Positions 1 through 12,606 of a stretch of DNA of 64,000 bases are shown here, piece by piece. The stretch is taken from the NCBI RefSeq assembly GCF_027921745.1, contig NC_079238.1, forward strand, positions 4,588,001 through 4,652,000, read 5' to 3'. Each line of letters opens with the position of its first letter. Position 1 is the first letter of the stretch. Position numbers and translations under genes: made by a program. This DNA comes from Schizosaccharomyces osmophilus (Eukaryota). The notes beneath the pieces were generated by a model. That model was given only the letters and a program-made list of their open reading frames with translations. It was not told the origin of the DNA and ran no database searches.

Positions 1-1775
1 ACTTTTTATGATTAGCGTTGGTGAGTCTTTAAATCTTGAGGCTTTGATTGTTGTATGTCTAGTAATTAACAAACCTATAGAGAAGCACCCAAATTATGCT
101 AATATAAAAAAACACTTGAAGCCAGGGTGGATATTTGGCAAGCCTGTCGACATATCTGACCATCAATACGCTAGTTTTCGAGAGAATATTCCTATTCTGC
201 TTGGAGTGATTGCTGGTTATTTTTTTCTTTGGAATGCCGTTCAGCTGGTTTTTTTTCATAAAGTCCAGAACAAGTTGGCGTTAAAAAACACGTTTCGTTT
301 ATGGTTCTCAGTGATATTTTCCTTTATTGTCTATGGCTCCGGAATGATCTATGTCTTTTCAATAATTTTTATTTACTATCTATTTGCGAAAGTTTTTCGA
401 GATCACCGTCTAAATCCTCTTCTGTCTTGGGGTTTTGGTATTTTCTTGCTTCTTTCCAAAGAGCATTTCGGTCACTACAAATTTGGCAATCTCCACCCTC
501 TTTTGTCGTTTTTGGTATGTATATATATATATTGGGTTCGATTAACCAAGTTTTCTGTAGGATGATCACACCGGCATTTTAGAAAGGTGGTATGTGCTGT
601 TCAACATTACCATTCTACGTTTAATCTCGTATAATCTTGATTACTACTGGTCGATAAAATACTCGTTTAAAATACTTTCTGTATGAGTCCAGATGTTTTG
701 TTTCCGTCTACTAACTTTATCACACAGACAACTGTAGTCGAGAAGGAACGAATTCCTGGTGATGCGTCCTATTCTGATCGCATCCGGCTAAATTGCAATC
801 CGGAAGATTACAACGTTAAGAACTTTCTAACTTATGTGTTATATGCTCCGTTATATTTGGCAGGCCCAATCATAACATTCAATAATTTTATGTCTCAGGT
901 ATATTTGCTACTTTTCGTTGGCTTACATTTGCTGACAATTTGATATAGACGAAATATCCGATTAAGTCACCATTGAAATACAGGAACGTTCTTTACGGTA
1001 TTCGCTTCTTTGTATGTGTTTTCATAATGGAACTTGTGCTTCATTTTTGTTATGGTAGCGCTATTACCAAGGAAAAAAGTTTGCAAGCTTATTCTACTTT
1101 AGAAATCACATTGATCAGCTTTATCGTACTGTTCGTGACTTGGCTGAAACTTCTCATTCCCTGGAGATTGTTTCGTTGGTGGTCATTAATGGATAACATT
1201 GAACCTCCTGAAAACATTATTCGCTGTATGTGTAACAACTATTCTGTAGTTGGATTTTGGAGAGCTTGGCATCGTAGCTACAACAAATGGCTGCTCCGTT
1301 ACTTGTATATCCCTATAGGAGGAAACAGGTATCCAATTTTAAATTCTTTTATCATTTTTACTTTTGTTGCTTTATGGCACGATGTTAGTTGGGAGTTGTT
1401 TTTCTGGGGATGGCTTGTTGTACTTTTCATTTTGCCAGAACGACTATGTTCCTATGCCTCGCACAGATTTGGCTGGATACATCTTCCTCATTACAGGATA
1501 ATTGCTGGCTTTGGCGCTGCCCTAAATGTTTACTTTATGATTATCTGCAATTTGGTAGGATTCGCTATGGACGTGCATGGAATCAAAGATGTCTTTGCTA
1601 GAATGTTTGGTACATTCCAAGGTATGATAATCTGATATTTGCTTTTGACTTATAGTTAACGTTTCTAGGGATTTATTTCAGCGTTACTATAATGCTATTG
1701 TTTTTTGCATGCGCACAAATGATGTTTGAAATCCGAGTAAACGAAGAAGAGAATGGAATTGATTTACGTTGCTAA
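1..1775 (+). CDS. gup1: MBOAT-family membrane-bound O-acyltransferase Gup1, 5'-truncated by the window edge; introns 21-80, 515-560, 681-727, 899-948, 1622-1668
   Basis: MBOAT motifs YAPLYLAGPIITF, PPENIIRCMCNNYS, FWRAWHRSYNKWL, FVALWHD; exons join in frame at canonical GT/AG sites; ends IDLRC-TAA (1773-1775). Confidence 0.92.
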
Positions 1776-2186
1776 GCTCATATAATCCATCTCTGCACTA
1801 ATTTTCTTGTTCGCATATTTAATTAGTTTAATTAGTTTAATCTCTTGATCTCTCCCTTCTCTTTCTAATAGAATTTGCGAGTTATCAAAGAGTCCCTTTA
1901 GTGCATTGTAGATTGTGTATTGTGCTAGTAATATTCCTTAAAGAAAAACTCATCTTCATGCTCTTTTCATCTACAGTTTGACACTCGAAACATTCTTAAA
2001 TGTCATGTTTACATTCAATATTAATCTGTTTTTGTATTACAACCAACAATATTTGTACGTTAAGTCTCACTATAGGGGTTAGTATAAGCAGTGTAAATAA
2101 TAATTCTACGCAGCTATCAATAACCACCGAGAGACTTGTACATTAGTTGGCTGTAGATGAACTTTTATTGATGATATTCTAAATTT

Positions 2187-5100
2187 ATGAATACTATGAT
2201 TGGTAAGATCGCTTTTTGCTACTGAACCGGTAATAGTAACCTTTTCAGACACCACAAATGATGCGAAATATAGGAAGTATCAGGACGCGATTCGCAAATG
2301 TATTGCGCTTTTTCAAACAGTGGAACAATGGCCTGACTATATATCATATTTGACGAAGCTTCATAAGGTATGAATTTCGACATTGAGGATTCTGTTAACA
2401 GTTAAACTAGGTTTTACAATCGTACTCGTCATATAAAACAATTCCCTGTAATTTGTTGGTCTCTAGATCTTTGGCTGAATGCTTATCTCCAGGACTTCCA
2501 TCTGGCGTACATAAGAAGGCGTTAGAAGTTTATGATTATGTATTCACTATTTTGGAAAAGGATGTACTTGCGGAGGAACTGGTTGTGTGGACGTATGGGC
2601 TTACCCCATTCTTTTCTATATCATCAATAAAAACAAAAAATGACTATATAAATCTTATACGGAAACATTTTGTCTCGCTTGGAGAGTCAATTCGCCCTTG
2701 CTTTCAAGCTGTATTTATATCGCTGCTTTCCGGATTGGAAGAAGAAAGTGACGAGTATTCACAAGAAACCCTTTTCTTGATAGATGATCTAATAAAAGGT
2801 TTGAATGATGATAAATTTGCGTGGGGAAGCATTTGGTCAACAATCTTGAGTTTTCCTAGCCAAAGGCCAGGTGCATTGATATATTTACTTCGAACTTGTA
2901 ATGCTCTTCCCAAAGAAGAAATTCACCCTAAGGTAATTCAACCAGATCCGAGCCTTGTCACGCGTGCTCTGGCGGCTGCAATAAGTGATAATGATGTCCT
3001 CGTTCAGAGAGGTTACATGGACGCATTGTTGCACCATTTTCCTATTCGATCTCCATTTTTACAAAGAGTGAAATCATTTGATTTAAAACTTTTACACATG
3101 TCTGTTGTATCTATAATTTTACGAAACGATCTTTCTTTAAATCGAAGGTTTTATGCGTGGCTGATGGGTTTACCCAAGGATTCAGAATTATCAGGTCCTG
3201 ATCCAGCTGATGAAATGGACCCATCCTTGCTTTTGGAGAACATGTCTGTTTTCATTGATGGTATTCGAGATCTACTGTCTTTGAAAACTAGTACAATGTC
3301 TATATATAAGGCTTTTCGAATTCTATATACACTCTCTGACCGAAAATCAATTTTCTCAGTTATGGAAAGTCAAATTCTATCTTTTGTTTTTCAAGCTTAC
3401 CACGCTATCAGTGTTTCTACACAAAAACAGGATTCCAAGCATTTGCATGATTCCTCAATCGATTACGGCCGTCGTCTCATTATGCGGTTTAATGACTTAA
3501 CTATTTATGAATTTTTATATAAGTGTATAAGAGATTATATTTCTAATACTGAGAAGTATTTATCTTCGCTAGAAATGTTTCATTTTATCTTGCGAAACCA
3601 ACAATACTTCTTAAATGGAATCGATGAAAAGTATTTCTTCTTGTTTTTTTGCTATATGATTTTCTACTTGAAAAAGAACCCTTCTTTGGTAACTCAAAAT
3701 CCTTCTTTGGACTTGTTTATTTCTACTTGCACACTTTTGGTGGATAATTTTAGATGGAGTTCTCTCAAAGACTACAATATTGATTCTTCATCGGCGGAAT
3801 GCCACCCTAAAGTTTTGTATTCTCTTGAACGTCGCATACACGATATGAATGACTTTCCTGACGGAAGTTCTTTATACTCGGAATCCGTGTCGAGCTTGCT
3901 CTATTTTTTGAAGGGATTTGCTAACATAGAGAAATTCCATCAAAGTATTCTTATATTCCTTTTGCAGCTTCTGAAAGAAGCAATCGACCCTAAAATTGAA
4001 TATGATTTTTTGGGAATAACCATTGAAGGACTGGATCAAAAGTCCTGGAATTTTCAAGAAGTAGAAAGTCTCGTGTCATTTCTTCCTTCCAGGATGCTTT
4101 TAAGCTCTAATCGTTTAGTACATTTACTGCTTGAAACTGTAAGTTCTTTTAACTCAAACTTTTATTGACTAACCTATGTAGGTCTGGGCTGAGATATCCG
4201 TAAATTCGTATCTACGAGAAGAGTTATCTTTGGAAATTATTTGGATTCTTCAAGAGAAATTGCAGAATAAAAAAATAGAATCCTTCTTCTCCGCATGTGT
4301 TGTTAACCAACAAATGATAAATAAAACTTCTGCAGTTTATCATATTCCTTTCTTTGATACACTTAAGAAAAGTGGTATGTGAACAAGTGTGAAAGTTTAC
4401 TAACCTTGTAGTTCACCATACCCTATTCCATGATGTTTTTGATAGGCCGCTGTTACTATTACTCAGTGCTTTGTTAGGAGACACTCCCGAAAAAGATTTA
4501 ACTGGGTTGATTAACTGGATAAGTTCCTCTACTGCACTTCAATTACGAGTTTTAGAGCTCATAACTGAAAACCTGTTGCTCCAATCCCCGAATCTATCTG
4601 ATTTTCGTTGTTTAGGAAATGACACAACAAAATACAATATAATGGAAACACAAAGAAATAGTCAAGCATCAAGATGCATCTATTTCTTTCGAATGAGTTA
4701 TCAATTAATCTTGTATTCAGATTTATTCATTAATCAAGAAGACTTATTGGGGAGCCTAGAAGAAGTTGAGAAAATATGTCTTATAAGTTGGGCTGACGCC
4801 TTATCGGTGAAAAAACAATCTTTTAATTATACAACTTTCCTTGCTATCCTTATGAAATCATTGCTAGGTATCTTCAACGAGGATCATACAGTAACGGAGA
4901 AAGAGGATGTTTATAAACTATATTCCTGGGCATTTAAATTATTTCGAGAGATCGTCAAAGTTTGGACTAGACCTTTGGATTGTGAACAGCAAGTAGTTAA
5001 TAGCCTTCTTGCCCTCGTAAAGATTGTAGAACCAGATACCGGTTCTAGCTACAAAGACTTCCTTTTAAACTTATTGAGTTTATTGGAGTTCCTTCAACCG

Positions 5101-7464
5101 AGAATTAAATTGTCTAATATTAATACAGCAGAGAACCGTGAGTTTATTCGAAATTTTATTATGGCTGGCTTATCTAACAACGATCCCCCAATTTGTTCAA
5201 GGTGGCTTAAAGTAATTTATGGGTTTTTACCAAACATGTTAGAAGATATTCCCCTATTAGTTATACCTCCCATTCAGTTTTTGTCTTCTTTTATTGATGA
5301 CTTTCTCAAACAACACGATGCTGTGTATAGAGATTTTCCGAATTCGTTACCTGATCGCACATACATGGATGTGTTTATACTTAAGTTAGAGACGTTAAGT
5401 GATATGATCGCGCGCGTTATTAAAGAGTTCCCATACATGCCAAACCCCAAAAGGTCAGTGGAAACTAGTGGCCTCATCGGAAATGTAATTTCTGGTGTGT
5501 TTTCTAATGATACTTCAACGTCTTCCGTTGATATAAGTAAGCGTCTTTCTATGTTGCTCGTTTTACAGGATGCCGTCCGCACCTTATTTGCTTGTTATTC
5601 TTGGGATTTGAAGTGCGGGTATTATGAGAAGGGCTCTAAAGTGTTCTTAAATGACACGGCCTCACTTAAAGAAGCTGCAGCTAAAGGTATTTTACGACTT
5701 TATGAGCATGAACCCATGGAGTGTATTGAGACACTTGTTTACATCTACATAAACCATGATACCTCGTATTCCCGATATGTATGGGAGTTGTTTTCGTATT
5801 TTAACGACGGATACCCAGAACGCATTATTAAGCACCTGACATCTTCTTTCTTTGCAAGGGAGACAATTTCCACATATAATGGCCCTTCTAGTTTGACCAT
5901 CAAAGTTTCGCAGATGAATATTTTAGATTGCATCTGTTCATATGTTGCTCAATTTAAAGAAAACGAAGTACCTGGTGTCTTTCCTGAGATTGCTAGATTT
6001 TTGCGAGAAATCATCATTTCTTCTAATTCTTTCAAAAATTATTTGCTTGCTTCACTTCGGATTTTATTTCTGATTTCAAAGCACATTAATAATAACTCGG
6101 ATTCACGCCAACAGAAAGAGTTCTCTGATCTTTGGAATCGGTGCCTAACGGCTACTCTGTTCAACGTTGGTAAAACACCTGAAAGTCAAGTAATTGCTGA
6201 CTTTTTTGCTTACAGGGAATTGCGACAGAACGTGACAAGCCATACTGAAAATAAGGGATCTCTAGAGCCAATGTATTTGTTTTCAAGATATTTGGAGCCA
6301 GCGCTTCTTGAATTCTTTTGTACAGAACTAATTCCCAATATATCAGATCTAGCCAAAGACGAAGAAAAATTAATTGGATGGTCAATCATGATTGTAAACG
6401 GTTTTATCTCACCAATTGTCAAAGCAAGAACATTTCCTGAAGCATTTACCGAAATGCACTTGGATTTGTTGGTTGCCTTTAGTCGATACACTTCTCTTTG
6501 CAAATCATGGAAGAAAGAGTTTTGGGATATATTCAACGATAATAATCTATTCCGGTTTAATACAAGTCAACTTCGAAAGCTAGCTCCGGTGATTCAGGTT
6601 GCGTTATACCAAGATTTGTCTCGTTTAGGTGATTTAATCACCAAATCCGACCTTGGTATGACTGCACTGTTCACGTCGCGAGATGCACAATTGGGCGTTC
6701 GTCAAGGCAATTTATGTCGAATCACAATATTCATATTATCTTGCCATAAGGACTTCTTTTTGCCGAGTCTTCCACCTATTATTGATTTAATTAAACGACT
6801 TTTAGGCTCTGATCCCGAGGGTGTTTTGAAGAAGGAACTTTTCTTGATGATTCGTGCTCTTGCACTGAGAACGACATCAAGTCATTTATTAAGTCTTTGG
6901 CCGGTTGTAGTTAGCGAAGTCCAAATAATTTTCCAAAAGTACTGTATGGCCGATGCTACTGTTTCCAAAGAAACATTAATGGATGCCTGCAAGCTCTTGG
7001 ATTTTTTAACAGCGTTAAAACCAGAGGAGTTTTCTTTGCATGAGTGGGTTCTAATGATGAGTCCGTTAGATGCAGTTTATTGGAGTACGAAGACATTTCC
7101 AAAACCTTTGGTACATTTAGTAGCGGAGCGTTTGAAAGATACTTCGTCTGAAATGTTTGATAGGAACAGTATTGAAAGCTCAGAATATTCTTCTTCAGCA
7201 ACATCAAAGGCTCCCTCTTCACATATAACTTCAAGGACTCCTTCTCTCTCCGCATTCCCCACAGACGGACAACTACGACAATTTTTGAATGCAATACCAA
7301 TAGATGTATACGAGGAGAGTTATTCTTTAAGTGTGGTAGATCCTTACTGGTTTGAAGAATCAATTTACAAAGAATTGCTCCAAAGGTTTTCTGTTCCATT
7401 AAATACTTCTACTTCGTATCCTATGTCTAGGTCTTCTTTGGCACCTACTACGGAGTTTACATAG
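2187..7464 (+). CDS. dop1: Dopey-family protein Dop1; introns 2203-2248, about 2368-2410, 4139-4181, 4375-4411 (start ATG 2187 or 2196)
   Basis: Spliced N-terminus [14 protein letters not shown]...[15 protein letters not shown] then [24 protein letters not shown] (Dopey_N); C-terminal [12 protein letters not shown] and [11 protein letters not shown]. Confidence 0.9.
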
Positions 7465-7812
7465 TCTGAAAAGCTTTACTTTATGATTCCTTCCTATAAA
7501 TAATGTTTTCTTTTCTTAAAACTTTTTCTTCGATTCATTCCCTTTTTGTTTACTAGATCTTACTTTATATTACTGCTGCATACTCACTTGGCTTTGCAGA
7601 CTTCAGTTTACCGATCTCGAAAGATTGCCCTAAATGCTTCTCTTGGGCTGGCAGCTTTCTCAATAGCAAATTTGAAGAATATACCAAAAAGGGGGTTTTC
7701 TTTTAAACTGTCGTTAATTTATTTAAGTGAATATTAAAAAAATAAAAGAATTTGTGGTTTGATCAGATCGGTTCAAAACCAAGCAGTTTACTATGGTATA
7801 AAATGATTAAGG

Positions 7813-8355
7813 ATGAACAGAAGAATAACTAACTATGGAAAGCCCAAAGCAAAGAAAAGAACGTCTCTTGCCGCTAAAGCAGCGAATAAATTAAGTAAGG
7901 AAGTCCCTGGGCCTAAATATGAGACAGCAGGTTCTACCAGCCAAGACGCTCGTGAAGGAGTAGTGGATCAACGCTCTGAAACGCCTAGAGAAAGTAAACT
8001 CGATAAGAGGAAAGAAAGACATGATGCTTGGCAACAAAAGTTTAATACCAAAGCAATATCGTCTTCAGCTCGTAGACGACGCAATCGTAAGCAACGAGAG
8101 AGTTTGCAAGTGAACATGTCATCGTTCGAAAATGTTTTGCCTGAGCTTGAAACGGAAGTTGAGGAAAGCGAAAAAAGACAGAATCCAATTATAAAGGATG
8201 CCTCAGTTACAAAACGAACGAAGGCATCCATGAGAAACGATACGGTAAATGAAATCGACAGATTTCAGTCTATTTTACAGCATCCCTCGTTCGTGTCCAA
8301 TCCATTAAAGACTGTTCAAGAACACTTGAACAATTCATTACCAAAAAGGGAATAA
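7813..8355 (+). CDS. slx9: Ribosome biogenesis protein, Slx9/FAM207A family
   Basis: Basic 180-aa ORF ending in an SLX9-type motif (FQSILQHPSFVSNPLKTVQEHL); position next to dop1. Confidence 0.75.
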   Translation: MNRRITNYGKPKAKKRTSLAAKAANKLSKEVPGPKYETAGSTSQDAREGVVDQRSETPRESKLDKRKERHDAWQQKFNTKAISSSARRRRNRKQRESLQVNMSSFENVLPELETEVEESEKRQNPIIKDASVTKRTKASMRNDTVNEIDRFQSILQHPSFVSNPLKTVQEHLNNSLPKRE

Positions 8356-8885
8356 GATCGAGCTTGTTATCACCTAGGTAAACTGGAGTCAAGCTTCCTT
8401 AAAATACTAATACTATAAATACGGAATTAAAGGGTTTAATACAATGGTCATTCAAAAGAACAAAGAAGAAGAAGAATAAATTATATATTTTTTTTTATGT
8501 TCGTTTGCCTCTCTGAGGTATAATAGAAGTTGGATTGTTTAAAACTTGACATGTGTAGTTGCTCTAGCAAACTTAAAGAATTATAAAAACAGTGGTGTTA
8601 AAAAAAGCTTTGTTATATGTTATTACAAAGGAAATAAGTTATTCACTGTTTACATAGTGAAAGAAATAAATAGTTTATTTTCAAAAGACCGGAAATTGTG
8701 AAATTTCCGTTAAAGGAATAATTACAAGTAAACACAAGGAAAAATTAAAGAATGTGAAAGTAAATTCCTAACGGTGTCCGAAGTGAACGACAGAAAGAAC
8801 TTCTTTTTTTTTTTTTACCGCAACCGTCATTGACTGTAAAGCATTAAAACATTATTTGCTAGAGAATGATTTAAAACCGTAAGCA

Positions 8886-9998
8886 TTACTCGGGATGAGA
8901 AAGAGCATCATCATTAAAACCGTGTACACTCAAGTAAGCCATGGTCTTTGAAGCTTCAGCTTCAATCCGGAAAAAAACCCAAATACATCTTCGAAATACT
9001 TCAAGGAACTGCATCAAAAAGATTCCAAAATCAGTTGCAAAAAAGCTGGTGTGTCTTTCAGAAAGGACTCTTACGACCCAAGACATCCGTAAAATGAAAT
9101 CAAGAGCACTAAAAAAAATGTATACGACAATAGAGAACGGCCGCCGAGTTTGAAACTTCCAGCTTTTGTCATTTAAAGGATCTTTCAAAAAATCCAAATT
9201 CCAATCCTGAGAAACATCCCACCAAAAAGAGTAGGTTGAGTTAATGGCGGACGAAGCATTCCATAGAAACCACATAAAAGTCATACGCTGATTTCCAACA
9301 ATACCTAAGAAGATGGCGGGAAACGCAGTTAAATATTTAATAGCATTCATTGTACTCCAAAATTGTCCTTGTTCATTATCAGCATGAGCACGTTCAATGA
9401 GACATTGACGAAAGCGTATAGCATAAGGGTAAGCGGCAATTAAGGACATTATAGCTTCATTTTCCAGTTCCTTCCTTCGCGAACTTGTAGGCTTACCTAC
9501 GATATAAATGAGAATAGCACCTGCGAGCCATAAGTCAGCAATAACTCGAGAATACGAGGTGAGTAAATCAGAGAAAATAATATCCGGGAATTTGCATTCC
9601 ACGGCATATTTTCCGGTAGAAATTCGTAGACATTGTCGAATAAACACCTTTCGCTGAAAGTATTGCAATTTACGCACGGGCATAAAGATAATGACACAGA
9701 ATATAGCAACAGGAATGTAGGACAGCTCAGATGATTCGGTTAATACATAAATAATCTCAGCAGCAACAAAGAGAAATGTTCCAATTATGGAAAGCTTATA
9801 AGTAAGTCTATATAGAGGGGCCTGATATTGATTGAGGCGATTAACTGGAAGAGGATTGTTTAGCAAAGCAAAGACATCAACACGATAAGCATATAAGAGC
9901 CATAATGCAAACGTAAAGCTATACAATCCAAATAGAACTAAGAAATAAAGCCTCAAAATTAAGGGCATGTAATCAACTAACTTATTTAAATCGATCAT
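8886..9998 (-). CDS. erd1: EXS-domain membrane protein Erd1
   Basis: EXS motifs DIIFSDLLTSYS, IRFRQCL, NSTYSFWWDV, LEVFRRCIWVFFRIE; first ATG at 9998 (the track start is a non-ATG codon). Confidence 0.88.
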   Translation of the reverse strand: MIDLNKLVDYMPLILRLYFLVLFGLYSFTFALWLLYAYRVDVFALLNNPLPVNRLNQYQAPLYRLTYKLSIIGTFLFVAAEIIYVLTESSELSYIPVAIFCVIIFMPVRKLQYFQRKVFIRQCLRISTGKYAVECKFPDIIFSDLLTSYSRVIADLWLAGAILIYIVGKPTSSRRKELENEAIMSLIAAYPYAIRFRQCLIERAHADNEQGQFWSTMNAIKYLTAFPAIFLGIVGNQRMTFMWFLWNASSAINSTYSFWWDVSQDWNLDFLKDPLNDKSWKFQTRRPFSIVVYIFFSALDFILRMSWVVRVLSERHTSFFATDFGIFLMQFLEVFRRCIWVFFRIEAEASKTMAYLSVHGFNDDALSHPE

Positions 9999-10728
9999 TG
10001 TATTTGTATGCCAATGAATTATACCCACACTTAAAAGAAAAGCGAATAAGCCCAAGATTCGAATAAAAAAGTATTGATAAGAGTAATAAATGCTTTCTTA
10101 AACCCTTCAAGATTCAAGAACTCTCCCAAGAACCCGAAGGAGTCGATATCACAGTAACAGTTTTCAGAAGGCACCAATGTACACAAAGCATAAGTTACCT
10201 ACTCCAAAATAATCAAATCTTTTGAAAATGTTAGTATTTTCTTTATATTTGACGTGAAATGTCAACAAGCAATCTCCCAATTTGGTTCGTTTGAAGAAGA
10301 CGTGTTTGAAGACGAGGGTAAGTTGCTACATGCAGTCATAACATTTATGATCAGTCAAAAGCCTATGAATGAACATATCATTTAAAAATAATGGTAAAAC
10401 CCAGCTTTTGTTTGATAAAAGAAAAATAAAACAATGATTCATTGCATACGGAACTTTCAAGGATTTACAGTTCAATTTACAAAGGATTCACTCATATCAT
10501 CAACAAGGAAGACACAGGAATAAAATATTAATAAAACCAATACAATTTCTATGTAGGAAAAGTAAAATGTTCCAATCACAGGCCAATATGCGAGAAACTG
10601 TCATAGTTATACGTAAGAACGACTGTGAAGCCGCTTCTCTAAAAGTTTCAAATTCATAAGAAATAGCCATAAGAAAAAAGATTACAAGCCGTTCATCCAA
10701 AAAACGGCCAATCCGTCGTTTTTCTTGT

Positions 10729-11188
10729 TTACCTGCGCATAGCACTGGGTGAATGTCGAAAATATTTTAGCCCAAGCCAGTTGAAGAAAAGCCATATAAA
10801 AAAGGCCACTGTAAGCGTTAAAATTATCAAGCAAGGATAATATGCATGAATAGGGGAACTCTAATAATCTGTTAGTACCACCCAAAAAAGGAAACGTCCT
10901 TAACAGAACAGAGAAAGCTTGGAGACACAATGATTGTATAAATTGGACCTGCTCTGACAAGATCCAATTAGGCTGAGAAAAGACACAGTAGTTATCATTT
11001 CTATTGCCGACAATTGTTTTTCAATCTTGTTTAAATTGTTTACTTACATCTCCATCCACCAATATAGGAATATCGATAAATCCAAATACACTCATTAGAC
11101 CGAAAACAAATAGGGCCCATGAGCAAAATAATAGCACGTAACCATTCAAAACGGTCGAATCCATGGAAAAGAGCTTTAAATTCGCCAT
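10729..11188 (-). CDS. eri1: GPI-GlcNAc transferase subunit PIG-Y/Eri1-like; one 187-nt intron 10861-11047
   Basis: Exon 1 MANLKLFSMDSTVLNGYVLLFCSWALFVFGLMSVFG...GD joins in phase 0 (GTAAGT...TACTAAC...TAG) to SSPIHAYYPCLIILTLTVAFFIWLFFNWLGLKYFRHS; the NWLGLKxFRH tail is typical of PIG-Y. Not in the ORF track. Confidence 0.8.
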
Positions 11189-11462
11189 AGTTAGAGTTTT
11201 TATTCACCGTACTTTTCACCTAAGCAAAGCAAGAAAAGACACTCAATGTTTTTATAATGAATTAAAAAGAACTAACAGAAAGAATTGGTGTACTCGTTCT
11301 GTTCTGTTTTAAAAGAAAAATGATTCACCAGATATCCCATAAACCAAAGCCAAGCCAACGTCTAAAAACAAATTAAATAAAATATTTTAGCCTTTTAAAA
11401 CATTCAATAGTATAATTAAATGAAGAAAATCCCTTGAATCTGAATATAAAGGAAATCGGAGT

Positions 11463-12113
11463 TTATTGTGATTTAATGAGGTCAAGGAAGCTCGATTTGG
11501 AAAGCTCTTGCACCTTTTGCTCACGAGTCGTTCGGCCACCAGAAACAGAAGAGCTCATCATAGCTCCTCTCATTTGAGAAGTACGAACGGCATTGAACAA
11601 TTGTACGACACCTCTTCGGGCAACACGACGAAGCTCTCGTTCATGTGTAAAGTACGTTTTGACTGTATCGCCGTCAGTAGCAACAATATTGGTAACACGA
11701 CCAACATTTTCCTTTCTCAAGCGCTCACGACGATGAGCAGTGCGTAGCTTCGAAGCCTTCTTGTCTGCGCCGCTCTTGCGAATTACCTTCTTTGACTTTT
11801 TGGACAAACTCAATACGGGAGTCTCAGCCGTTTCAGGAGCAGCAGGTTCTTCATTCAAAAGATTTGCAATATCATCAGCCATAGAGCTTGTTTTATCCTT
11901 TTCTTCTCCATGATCTAATGTCTGCTCATCCGCACTTTCAGCATCAGAATCTCCCAATTGATCAACTTCATCTTCGCTGTCCAAATCCTCTAATTCTTCT
12001 TCGGAGTCAGAGTTGTTGGCATTATCTTGGACAAATTGTTTTTCTTCTTGCTCTGCCTCTGGCACAAACTCGATTTCTGCGTTATTATTATCCTTTTTGC
12101 CTGGTTTTGCCAT
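11463..12113 (-). CDS. rrp15: rRNA processing protein Rrp15
   Basis: ERELRRVARRGVVQLFNAV and SKSSFLDLIK motifs; acidic N-terminus. Confidence 0.9.
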   Translation of the reverse strand: MAKPGKKDNNNAEIEFVPEAEQEEKQFVQDNANNSDSEEELEDLDSEDEVDQLGDSDAESADEQTLDHGEEKDKTSSMADDIANLLNEEPAAPETAETPVLSLSKKSKKVIRKSGADKKASKLRTAHRRERLRKENVGRVTNIVATDGDTVKTYFTHERELRRVARRGVVQLFNAVRTSQMRGAMMSSSVSGGRTTREQKVQELSKSSFLDLIKSQ

Positions 12114-12606
12114 ATTTGTGGTGTTGGTAAATTTTACGAGATTTCTCTCCCAAATTGAATAGTGTTGAACAGTACAAACTCCAAAGTAATAGTCGAATAA
12201 ACTGAATTTATTGCTACTCTTGAAGACTTTTTTTTTTTTTATTTTTTGTCAAAATTTATAGCACGACTACTCAGCTTCCATCCATGCGCAGGACGTTATG
12301 ATGGAAACCTTTCTTGTTTTCTGTTTAGTAGATCATAGAAGCATTTACAAGACTAATTTATAATAATTTTAAAGAAAAAGCATATAGTTTTTGAGTAAGA
12401 CTGAAAAAAGAAATCTGACTTAGTGGATTCTTGTAGACTAATACCAACTAAAACGGTCATCATTCATAAAAACATGTAGAGACTTCCAAAATACTAACAA
12501 ATCCTTTTTAAGATGACATAGAGGGGGTTTCTTAAAATTAAATCTGTTAAATCATATAGTCATAGAATAGGACTTGAAGATGTTGGGAGAAAGGGGAGAG
12601 CATATA

